NCBI RefSeq assembly: GCF_000143415.4
Contig: NW_003314269.1
Location: 396,401-460,400 of the forward strand
From: Selaginella moellendorffii
Taxonomy: Eukaryota > Plantae > Lycopodiophyta
Length of the DNA: 64,000 bases
Direction of reading: 5' to 3'
Part shown: positions 38,747 through 52,159 of the stretch, in pieces
How the letters are laid out: each line of letters starts with the position of its first letter
How positions within the stretch are numbered: the stretch's first letter is position 1
Program-made: the position numbers and the translations under genes
Notes under the pieces: model-generated
Database searches by the model: none
What the model was told of the DNA's origin: nothing
The model's input: the letters and a program-made list of their open reading frames with translations, nothing else

Positions 38747-39583
38747 TTACTTGGAGTTGTCATCCTTTTCACGCTCTGCATTCCACGAGCAATGCTTCCT
38801 GGCCTGCCGGAAGCACGAGTCCCACTCCCTGAGCGCCGCCAGGCAATCCTCGTTGTCCCAGGAAGAGCTGCGGTTGTTGGCGATCTTCGCAGGAGAGCTG
38901 AGTGGAACTTGCCATCCATCCCGTGGAGACCAGTTTAGCGCCGGACGAAGCTCGTGCAAGGCAACCACGTAGCGCCCGCCTTCGCCGTATGGAGGACTCG
39001 AGCCCTCGAACTAAACCGAAACAAAGCCAACGACGATTAGAACCAAAGACAAGTTTTCTCGGCTAAGCTCACCACTCCCGTGTGATCGTCGATGACTTGC
39101 ACGACTTTGCCATACCACCGAGCGCTCCTCCACGGATAGTCGGCCTCGTCGCCCTCTTTCCACTTCCTGATCACCTGGATCTCCGGGAACTTGGGCCTTA
39201 GCATGATCTCCCTCCATCCCGAAGGTGGAACGCCTGGAGGATGCTGGTAGAGCGGGATCGTAGTCTCTCCTGGAACAAGCAAGCTAGAAATCGACAAGCT
39301 TCGAGAAAGGAAACGCTTCAAGAATCACGCAAGGAAAGACTCAAATCTCTAGCGAGGTGTGACAAAATGTAGCTCCACCTTCGTAGTCGAAATAGCTCAG
39401 CGTGCAGTAAACATCCTTTCGCAAGCGCTCGATCTTCTCGATCTACAAAACCATTCCTGCGATTATCACAGCTCCCAGTAGACCTCTCACCTTGGCACGG
39501 AACCAGGCTCCTCGAAATCCATGGTTGTAACTCTTCTCCTCGACCTCGTCTCCCACGGCGAAAGGGATCGGGATCCCAGCCAT
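38747..39583 (-). CDS. Plant Agenet/Tudor-like domain protein, 4 exons
   Basis: PFAVGDEVEEKSYNHGFRGAWFRAK, MLRPKFP, WKEGDEAD, PPYGEGG..LRPALNWSPRDGW; telo-box-like aaccctaa just upstream. Confidence 0.8.
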
Positions 39584-39768
39584 CGCTAGAACCCTAATGC
39601 CATGAGCTAGCGTACTGTATAGCCTTCACACACTATATAGCTACTCAAATAAATATTAAAGAAAACGTTTAGCATGGCCGCGCGTCACGGATCAACTACC
39701 GCGCGGCTCGGTGGACCGGTATTGTAAGTGCCGCACGGTACGCTCGTTGTTGCTCTTCCATTCAATGG

Positions 39769-40479
39769 TCAGTGGCATGGAACAAAGACGTCCTTGTAAA
39801 CACACACGTAAGGCACGTCACAGCCGATGTAAGGACCAGCCCAAAGACCCTCGTTGACTTCTCCGGCGTTCCACACGGATGCGTAGAGAAAGCAAGGCCC
39901 CGTAGGAAATCCTTCGTCTTCTTCTTCTTCAAGAGCTTCTTCTCCTGCACCCTTGCCTTCTTTGACTCCTTCTCCTTCTCCAACTTTCCCTTCGTGTTCT
40001 TCCGGGCCTTCCTTCGTTTTCTTCTCGGCTACCCGGATGGACTTCCCGTCCACGAGCCACTCGATCCTGTCCGGCTCCCACTTGATCGTATACTCGTGGA
40101 ACTCTTGCGAGCTGTCGAAGCCGAGATCGTGGATCACCTCCCGGCCGCCCGTGCCGTGCGTGTAGAAGTTGGTCTGGACGGTCCCCTTGTCCTTCCCCAG
40201 GAACTCGAAGTCGATCTCGTCCTGGTCTCTCGGCCCCTCGAGCGTCGAGAGGTAGAAGCTCGAGTTGAGGCCGCTCGTGTTCCCCGACGGCGTCTTGATC
40301 TTGGCGCTGAAAGTTCCGCTGCTAAACCTGCGGGTGCTCCTCCAGCGAGCACCACCGCGCTCATCGAAAGTCACCGAGATCTCTCGCTGCTCTGGAAAAT
40401 GCTGGCATACCTCGGGGCAGTAGTCCACCGCGATGGCCGATAGCTCCTCCGTCCTGTGCAGATCTGGGACTTTCTCCAT
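39769..40479 (-). CDS. GH16 endo-glucanase, EG16 clade (XTH-related), intronless
   Basis: QDEIDFEFLG catalytic motif, VQTNFY, LYASVW; no signal peptide; no XTH C-terminal extension. Confidence 0.9.
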   Translation of the reverse strand: MEKVPDLHRTEELSAIAVDYCPEVCQHFPEQREISVTFDERGGARWRSTRRFSSGTFSAKIKTPSGNTSGLNSSFYLSTLEGPRDQDEIDFEFLGKDKGTVQTNFYTHGTGGREVIHDLGFDSSQEFHEYTIKWEPDRIEWLVDGKSIRVAEKKTKEGPEEHEGKVGEGEGVKEGKGAGEEALEEEEDEGFPTGPCFLYASVWNAGEVNEGLWAGPYIGCDVPYVCVYKDVFVPCH

Positions 40480-40929
40480 GGCTCCAGCGATTGATGATTA
40501 TGATGCGCAAAGGTCTCGAACCCGTACACACCACCTCCGAGTTAAGCCCTCCGAGTTAAGCTCGTCCAGCTAAGTAGAGTTTATGTCTATCAGTAGAAAA
40601 CAAATGTGAGCTCCAAACTTACGTCTATCTCAACAGATCAACAGATCTTGGTACTAAGTTCGCGATTGTCTATCAGGCTTGGATCTCTTCCAGCCTCGAG
40701 ATCGAATAGCATCTCCAGAGTCTTTCTTTCATTGTTTCCATCAGTTACGGCTCTGGTTTTTCGATTCTCTGCGTCGTTTAAACTTTCTCTTCCTTGTCTT
40801 CTTCATGAGTCCCTGGAAGAATACCACATTTTGTTAGTATCACGCAAAAAGAGAAAAAGGGTAAACGGAGGTATCTATTTCCATTGATACCCCATTCACT
40901 CTCAATAGATCGAGAACCGACTATCTGAT

Positions 40930-41915
40930 TAAAATGATCAGCACAAGAAAAATGTTCAAAAACTATGGCACTCCACCTCTACAGTTTCAGCACGCTTTTC
41001 AGCCGCAATCCTGAAATGAAGCCCTCAATAAGGACGATTCTGTAGAAAGAAAAAAGAGAATTTTTGAGTCTCAATAAGAAAAATAAACAACAAAGCACTG
41101 AAAAAGCCTAGTAACCTTACTGGAAGGATGTATTACTTGCGGTCGTCAATACCCCGTGAGCTGCCGCTTCAAACTGCCTGGACTAAATTACACATTCCGA
41201 AAGATACACAAGAACTACTTCAAAGCAAGAAGTTGAGATTTCTGAATACTGCCTGTTTTCCTGCAACATCCGAGTCTTCTTACTGCGTTGACATGCAAAC
41301 CGATTTGACGCCTGGCATGATCTTCTCTTTGATGTTCTCAATCAGGACATACATCTGACGAAGAACAGCGATCGGCACCAGGAGTCCATGAATTAATTTT
41401 GACTACGTTGGAGTTTCAGCAGTGTCTTCTAGTTTCACATCTGAAGTCTCTCCACCCTCCTCGTTTAACAGCAATCTCTTCCGGAGGATGGGGTATAGTT
41501 TTATTGTTTTCCTTGCCAGCATCCTCCTCATGGACTTGTCTGCCGTGCGTCCTGATTTGAAAGCGACCCACTGTTCCTTCTGTTTATGATGTCCTTGTAC
41601 TACGTTCCACGGTTTCAGGGTATATAGTCTGCTTCCTCGGTCGAACCATTCTGGAACCAACTTTGGTTTCCGTCGTGAGCAATGCCTGAAAAATAGATAT
41701 TTAAAACGAATTTGCTATGTTAGTTCGAGTCACTTCCTGCACTTAAGCTTCCGTTTGTAAAGAGAGAAGAAATTGTAATAGTCATTGCACTACCTACAAA
41801 CATAAGGACAATTAAGAACCAAGAGACAATGTAAAGAACAAGAACTTTGGGGAGAGAAAATAGAAGAAACTAACGCTGCGCCATCGAGCTCAAAACGCCA
41901 GAACTTACGCGCCAT
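40930..41915 (-). pseudogene. Spliced unknown gene remnant, partly duplicated at 53995-54640
   Basis: GT-AG-like junctions and stop-interrupted frames; no recognisable domain. Confidence 0.35.
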
Positions 41916-42080
41916 TTGTATTTTTCCCTAATCCACGTTAATTAATTAATTAATTAAGATTTTAATTCACGACAGATGAAATATGGGTTTTATTAACTAC
42001 GCTTTTTGTAAATAACAGTGGCATAGCTGAAGATTGAATCTTTTGGGGAGATTCTGGAGTTTGATCTCTCCTTGCTCCCA

Positions 42081-44240
<2,160 letters not shown>

Positions 44241-44369
44241 AGCCAAAATCATTCTTTATTTTTATATCTCTGGAAAGATTAATTGATCAAATGAAGACCA
44301 TGCTGTATGTTAAATGATTACTAAAACAATATTATGTATTTAAAGAAAAAAATATCCAAAAACAAAATA

Positions 44370-47300
44370 TGTGAGGTCCAACAATGTCATATACTAATAT
44401 TAGCATAGTGGGATTTTAGTAAGTATCAGATTGATTTTAATTTAAACCACTCACTAAACTAGAGTTTTTGGGCTAATTAATATGCCAACTATAGATAACA
44501 CATCATCAAGGAGTGAATCACCATATTTAAGACTTAAAGAAATTTAATACTATAAACTAAATGCAACTAAATGGTAAAGTGTAAACATCATGAACTTTTT
44601 TTGAAGTTGTTTCCTTGGCGATGGTCTAGACTAAAGTATGTATCAATGAAGATGTCAATATTTTCTAAGCAGGGGAGGCCATTTTTTGTATTCTCTTTCT
44701 ATATTCCAAACATTCACATTAGTGGAAATGAAGGGCATTTTTCCTTGTCCTGAGGAGTGCTTAGATTTAGGATTTTGGTTTAAATATAACTTTTGCATCA
44801 TTTAAATCTATTCTTTCTTTCCTTTTAGGGTTTTGGTTTAGATCTAGCTTTTCCATTGTCTAGATCTCCCTTTCTTTCTAATTTTTTCTCATTTCCCTTC
44901 TTTTGCTCTTTTTCTTTCACTCAATCTTCATGGCAAAGTAGTATTTTCCTCCTTTAACTTTAGAGTAGCAGTTAATGCTATTGCTTAATGCTATATGATT
45001 GCAATTGAACAACCAAACTCAGTTGATGGTGGCATTCATGGCACATGGTACAACTCTTTTTGCTTTTGGTGTCAATCCTGTTCAACTAGAGTTCTTTCGT
45101 GGGAATCCTGGGGATGATGTGTATCATTGATTTGATCACTTCATGGTGATTGCCACATATCATTCTTGGGATGATGCCCGACGTTTGCATAAGTTTCCCA
45201 CGTATTTCCAAGGGAGGGCACTGCAGTGGTACAATGGTTTGAGTGAAGCCACTTGTGGGGATTGGAGTGTTCTCCTGAACGTCTTCAAACACACATTCAA
45301 ACATGCCAACAATCATGATGATGTCTTTTAGCAATTGCATTGTCTTTGTCAAAGGCTATTTAAATCGGTGATGCAATTTGGTGTTCGTTTCTGAAGCTTC
45401 TTGCTTTGTGCGAAGCCAAATATGTCGAAGCAAATCAAGCTTGAAATATTGTGGCCAGCACTTCGTCAAGATTTTGTTAGACTTGTGCATGCATTTGCTT
45501 TAGCCACCCTTAACGATACTCTTTGTTTGGCACAATGTTATGAAACACTTCTGTCGTACGGTGAAGCCAATTTTCATTCTTTATGGCAACAATTATATAC
45601 ATGCATATGCACAGGATGAGGCAAACTTGGTTGTGCGTGTGAGCAATCTCGAACTTGGGTTGCAGTCATTGTGGGTGGTGCTAAATCAAGCTTTTGACCT
45701 CATTCTTGGTATAAATTAGTTGCAATGCAATCATGCCAAGTGTAACTTTGAGGTTTCTCCTTCTTGTATTATACTTTTTTATATTTCATCTATTTCTTTC
45801 ACTTTTATACGTCTTTGTCCCTTTACTTCTACTTCTACCTCCATTACTTTTGTCCTTCCATTATTTCCTCCTATGATTCTTTCTTGTTTTATTCTTCCCT
45901 TTTTCCAATCCCTTTGACAATCTTTATATTGCAACGGTTGACCACCTTATGAAGGAGTATTCTGATCTCTTTGAATTTGACCTATCGTCTAGGGCCAAGA
46001 TTGCCACATTCGATTCTAACTAGGGATGCTCGTCCAATCAAAGTTCCTGTTCGTCGTTAGTCACCCAAAGAGATCAAGATTTTACATGCAAATGATAAAG
46101 GGATGTTGGAGAAGGGTGTTATTTGGAAGTCAGGGAGTCCTTAGGCATATAAACCTCATCTTATAACGAAGCCTGATGGGAGTATTTGTTTCTGCATCGA
46201 CTATCGTATGTTAAATGAAGTGACAATCCAGGATGCGTACCCTCCTCCTCACACTACTAATCTCTTGTATTGTCTAGGGTGAAGTCATTGGTTCACCAAG
46301 CTAGATTTTGCTTCTGGGTACTAGCAAGTACCGATGGCCAAAGAAGATATTCCTAAGATTGTTTTTTGTACATTGTTTGGTTTATACGAGTTATTGGTGA
46401 TGCCGTTTGGTTTGAACAATGCTACAACAACTTTTTAGCAGATGATAGACAAAGTTCTTTACAATATGCCAGAGATGACTGCTGACTTTATTGATGATGT
46501 ATTGATCCACTTGGAGGGGATGTAGGAGGAGCACATTTGTGATATTTATAAAGTGTTGGATCAGCTGCGAAACATTGGTTTAAAGTTGAAGCGGTTGAAG
46601 TGCATGTTTAGGTCCAAGGACACAACATATATTGGGTACCATATTTCTCATGAGGGTTTGCAAGTTAATCTTGACAATCTTGTGGTTATTCTAAAGTTCC
46701 CTATTCTGAAGTGTGTGAATGATATGCTACACTTCCTAGGCAAAGTGTAATATCTCGGTCATTTTGTGAATCATCTTTTTGATTGCATTACACCGTTGTG
46801 AGTGTTGTTAATGTCATCTTTCATCTGATCTCTGGATTGTGAGCAAACGTTCGTGGATCTCAAAAAGCTATTAACGATTCCTCCAATTTTAGCATATTCT
46901 AATTATATTCAACCTTTCATTTTATGTGTGGATGCTTTTGATATTGGTCTTAAAAGTGTGTTGATGCTAAAGAGCCCGAGTGTGCCTGATCAGTGCCATC
47001 TTATTGCATATATAAGCCATACATTACAACCAACAGATGTAATGTATGGAGGTGTGTTGATGCTGATGCCCTTTCTCGAACTCCTCTTCCTTCTCCACTC
47101 TCTTTTTATGTTTTTGACAAGCCTGTTATTCCGGCATCTGTGGATTTTCTAAACGAGGATTCTGTACTGTTAGCGGTTGCTGTACTTGACGTTCTGTGTC
47201 CACAAGGTACAGAGCAACATTTACCTTCTCATGATGAGATTCGCGAGGCTCAAAAGCTTGAGCCATGGATTCAAAGGTTTTGAGATGGATTTGAAAATCC

Positions 47301-48695
47301 TTTATCACTTGCTAATGACTTACCATTCCGGCATTTACATTCTTAATATCACCTTAAAAATAGCTTTTTTTATTTTGTGGGAACGGATCCTGATGATCTT
47401 TTACGGCTGATGGTGCCTTCCATATTTATTCCACTGTTTCTCCATGCCTACTAAGCTTCTCCTATTCTAGGTGGGCATATGGGACATTGTTGTATAACCG
47501 AAGATGCGACATGATGTTATCCAGTATGTGCGTAGTTGCATTTAGTGCCAAGCTCATAATACTCCCCCTCGTGCCGTGGAACGATGGTTAGAATCAATTG
47601 CAGTTTCCCGTCCATTTGAGTTGGTGGCATTTGATTTTATGAGACCTTTTCCATGATCGACTGCTGATAATGAATGGTATTATTGCTTTTGACTATTTGA
47701 CTTATTGGGTAGAAATTGGTGCTCTTGCTAGTGCCTCTACAACTGTTATTAGATACTTTCTCCTCAATCGAGTGGTGTTCCAACATTTTTTTCCGGAGCG
47801 GATTCTTTCGGATAATGGTCCCACATTTATGGCTAAGGCATTTCATGTTTTGACATCTCGGTTGGGGATACGCCACACTTTCATGAGTGCTTATCATCCA
47901 TAGTCAGATAGTTTGGTGGAATGGCTCGTTCAGACATTTAAAGGAATGATCGCGAAGTACATAAACTTTTAACATTCGGATTGGGATGGTTATTTGTCGT
48001 CTCTTTAGTATGTATATGTCATAGGGGTGCAGAGTTTTGTTGGTGCTTCACTATATAAAATTTTATATGGTCCTAATCCAATATTACCAATGGAGCTGGG
48101 TTTACTTTTGCGATTGCCATGAGTTGCCGATGCTAGGTCATAGAATCAATATTTGATAAGCATTCTTCCACTTGTATGAGCAAAGTTTGCCGAACACTTA
48201 GGCTGTGTACAAGTGGGGCAACAACAACGCTACAACTCCCATCATCGTCCACCTGTAGAGTACAAAGTGGATAACTTGGTGTTAGTTTGTTTTCCCCATT
48301 TTATGGTATGTGGTTTATCGAAGGGGCTCTTTGCTCAGTGGAAAGGACCGTATCAGGTGTTACGGCAAGTCGGACTGCAAGTTTATGAGGTTCAGCATGA
48401 CATCTAGCAGGCCGATCCTCCAGAAATTGTGCATGTGTAGCAGTTAAAATGCTTTATACAAAGGGATCAGGAACAACTGATACCACCTATAGATTTGCTA
48501 ATGCCTCCTCTTGACATTCCTCTAGATCCCAACCCATCTACAAGAGAACCCTGATGGTCTTCTATTATTCTGAGAGGAGGGGATGATGTGAGGTTCAAGT
48601 GTATGGCTACGATGCCATATATTAATATTAGCATAGTGGGATTTTGGTAGCCATTAGATTGATTTCAATCTGGACCACTTGCTCTTGTATATAAA
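44370..48695 (+). mobile_element. Ty3/Gypsy LTR retrotransposon, decayed
   Basis: Similar LTR starts tgtgagg at 44370 and 48587; PPT gagaggaggggatga; gag, RT (VMPFGLNNA, FIDDVLI), IN (ILSDNGPTF, WKGPY). Confidence 0.88.
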
Positions 48696-48899
48696 NNNNN
48701 NNNNNNNNNNNNNNNNNNNNNNNNNNNNNNNNNNNNNNNNNNNNNNNNNNNNNNNNNNNNNNNNNNNNNNNNNNNNNNNNNNNNNNNNNNNNNNNAAAAT
48801 CCGCGCAAAAGGGGCGGGAAGACGGCAGCGCCGGGGAGTCCGGCATAAGAACCGGTGCATTTAGCGTAGCCAGTGGCGTGAGGTATGAAACACTTTACA

Positions 48900-51800
48900 C
48901 GTTTAAACACAGAACTAGTTTTTCCAGCTCAAGTGCTTGCTTTCTAAGCACAAGACACAATTGAGTTCTAGCATGCTCATCTGGGGCATGTCAATGAACG
49001 AGATCTGCATGCCTTGGCTCGTAACCAGTATGCTAAAGGCATCACGCTCCTAGCTGGCCATCTGGGTGTGTGTGAAACTTGCCATCTTGGGAAGCAAGTT
49101 TGCCTTCCTTTTCCATCAAGAATCATCAAGGACCAAGCTATAGGCTTACTGGATTTGGTTCACAGTGACGTGTGCTACTTGCCTGTGGAAACACTCAGCC
49201 ACAAGAGGTACTTTGTGTCTTTTATTAATGACAATTCCAGATACGTTGTGGTGAGCTTTCTCCACCCCAAGAGCGAAGTGTTCAACCACTTTAAGTTTTT
49301 TAAGAGCTGGGCAGAGACGTCTACTGGTTGAAAGATTCGTGTGTTACATACGGATGGTGGTGGAGAGTACCTGAACAGAGAGTTTCTCAACTTTCTGGCT
49401 GAGGCTGGCATCATTCACCAGTACACGACAGCCCATACTCCCCAACAGAATGGCGTGGCAGAGCACCTCAATTGCATGCTGCTAGAGACTATTTGTTGCC
49501 TTCTCCAACACGCAGGCATACCCAACTCTTTTTGGGGTGATGCCATTAACACGGCTGTTTACATCCGTAATCGCCTTCCCACAAGGAGCACTAGTGTGGT
49601 TCCTTACCAAGCTTGGACTAGGAAGCGTCCTCAGTTAGGGCACTTGAGGGTCTTTGGCTGTACAGCGTATGCTCACATTCCAAATGCGACTCGGCAGAAG
49701 CTGGATCCTAGGAGCCAGAAGACCATCTTCGTGGGCTATCATACTCATTCCAAGGCCTACCGCCTCTATAATCTTGCTCTCAAGAAGCTCGTGGTAAGCT
49801 AAGATGTCTCTTTCAATGAGCAAGAGCTTTATCGCCACATTCAAGGTACTATTCCTTCAAGTTCTAACTTGGTGGACTTGACCCTAGTGCTGGAAGACCC
49901 ACTAGCACCAGCAGTCTAGAGGCTGCTCATTCCAAAAGGAAGAATACCTCCTCCACTTGGTGATGAGCCTTCTCTAGCAACTCCGCTGCTACCAGTTCCT
50001 CTGGTCACTTCGGTGGCTACTAGCAGCAACACTACTTCATCCAGTGAGTAGAATGGACGAGTTGTTCATTGGTGAAGAAACAGTTAGAGGATCTTCCCAA
50101 TCACCTCCTTCAGATTCTCTTATGACACCACCTCATCAAGAGATTGGAGCTGTTACCCATTCAGGACGAGTGAGCAAGCCAACAGTCAAAGCTCTAGAAT
50201 CTCTTGCTCAAGCCCCACGCAAGAAGGGATTCTATTGGGCCATGAGCTCCATTGCTGAACCTCATGGCTACCAGGCTGCTCTCTCCAGTCCTGATGCCTC
50301 ACAGTGGCAAGCAGCCATGTAGGATGAGTATGACTCACTGATCAAGAATGGAAGCTAGACATTAATTCCCCTCCCTCCCAGTAGGAAGGTAGTCACAGCC
50401 AAGTGGCTGTTCAAGAAGAAATATCGAGCTAATGGCAGCATCGAGCACTACAAGGCACGCTTTGTAGCTAGTGGTTTCTCTCAGATCCAGGGAGTTGACT
50501 ACTCTGAAACTTATAGCCCTATTGTAAAGCTAACAACAATTCATGTTTTGATGAGCCTTGCAGCTGAGCTCGACCTGGAGCTCCATCAACTTGATGTGAG
50601 AACTGCTTTCCTAAACGGTGATCTTGAGGAGGAGGTGTACGCTGCCCAACCTCTTGGGTTTATACATCCCAGACAGGAGCATCTTGTCTGCCATTTGCAC
50701 AAGGCTCTCTACGGGCTGAAACAAAGCCCCAGGTCATGGTACACTAAAATTAACAGCTTTCTGACCTCGTTAGGTTTTACTCACAGCACAGTTGATAATA
50801 ATCTCTACATATATCGAGATGGCCAAGGATTTCTTTTCTTAGCCTTATATGTGGATGATACAATATTAGCCTCCAACCAGATGTGACTCATCCACCGCAT
50901 CAAGGCCTCTCTTGCTGCTAAATTCGAGATGACCAATCTAGGAAACTTGCACTATTGTCTAGGAATTCAAGTCTACCAGGATAAGTACTTGAGCTCTCCT
51001 AGGAGAAATACATCCATGACATTCTCTAGAGGTACTCTATGCTTAACACTAATCCGGTGGCTACTCCTATGGAAGTAGGCTCAAAGTTGTCCAAGGCTTT
51101 TAGTTTGACATCAACCTCTGATAACACTCCCGAGGAGGAGACCACAACTCTGTACCGTTCAGTGGTCGGGAGCCTCATCTACTTGATGCTCTCAACTAGG
51201 CCTAACCTCACATTCAGAGTGGGAGCAGTCTCAAAGTTCTTGGACAATCCATCACCCTCACATTGGGCCGCTGTGAAGCGGATCATGAGGTATGTGAGTG
51301 GCACAAGGAAATTCACATTGAAATATGCAAGAGGAGATGGAGACAACGGCCTAGTGGGATTCACAGACATAGGTTGGGCAGGAGATCCAGATGACAGAAA
51401 ATCCACCTCAGGGTATATGTAATGCACCTTATCTCTCTCCCCTTAAGCCAACTGGAAAAGGGGCAATTGCTTGATGAGAGAGCCCTTAGTGGCTATTTTA
51501 TCCCCATTTATCTCCCAAGGTTCCAAGGATCCACGGTGATAGTATATCTAAATCTCATCCCATGATCACATGCGCTATAGTATGTCTTCATGTATAACCA
51601 TAACGTGGTTAGTTGGTGTTCCAGGAGGCAGCAGATCACTGCGATGTCATCATGTGAATCTGAATACATCACAGCTGCAGCAGCAGCAAAAGAGGCCATC
51701 TGGCTTAAGACATTGCTGCAGGACCTCAAGATTCAAATTCTAGCAGTCAAACTCTACTGCAACAATATGTTGGTAGTAGCATTGACTCGGGATGCGAGAT

Positions 51801-52159
51801 TTCACTCACGCACCAAGCACATTGAGTTGAGGTTCCATTTCATCCAGGATCAAGTCAACAATGGAACAATCAACCCGGAATTCCATCCAACTAGCTCAAT
51901 GGTCGCTAATATCCTGACGAAGTCCTTGCCTCGAGTGAAGCATGAACTCTTCCTCAAATCACTCCATTTGATTGACAGTGTGAGCCTTGAGGAGGAGTGT
52001 GGAGACAAGTGATGACAAGCCTCCACATCAGCAAAGAAGACAAGTCATTCATCCAAGACACCAACTGCCAAGCGTCACACTCATACTGTTATGTACATAA
52101 CCATACCAAAACAATGAAGTCAATAGAGCATTCCGCATATACAAAATCACACATCTACA
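48900..52159 (+). mobile_element. Ty1/Copia LTR retrotransposon (IN-RT-RH + 3' LTR 51998-52159)
   Basis: CETCHLGKQ, HTDGGGEY, QLDVRTAFLNG, LYVDDTI, RTKHIELRFHFI; PPT gaggaggag then TGT...ACA. Confidence 0.9.
51418..51579. mobile_element. 162-bp solo-LTR-like insertion in the Copia RNaseH
   Basis: Ends tgtaatgca...tgcgctata; TSD gtata/gtatg; removal restores SGYVFM. Confidence 0.75.
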
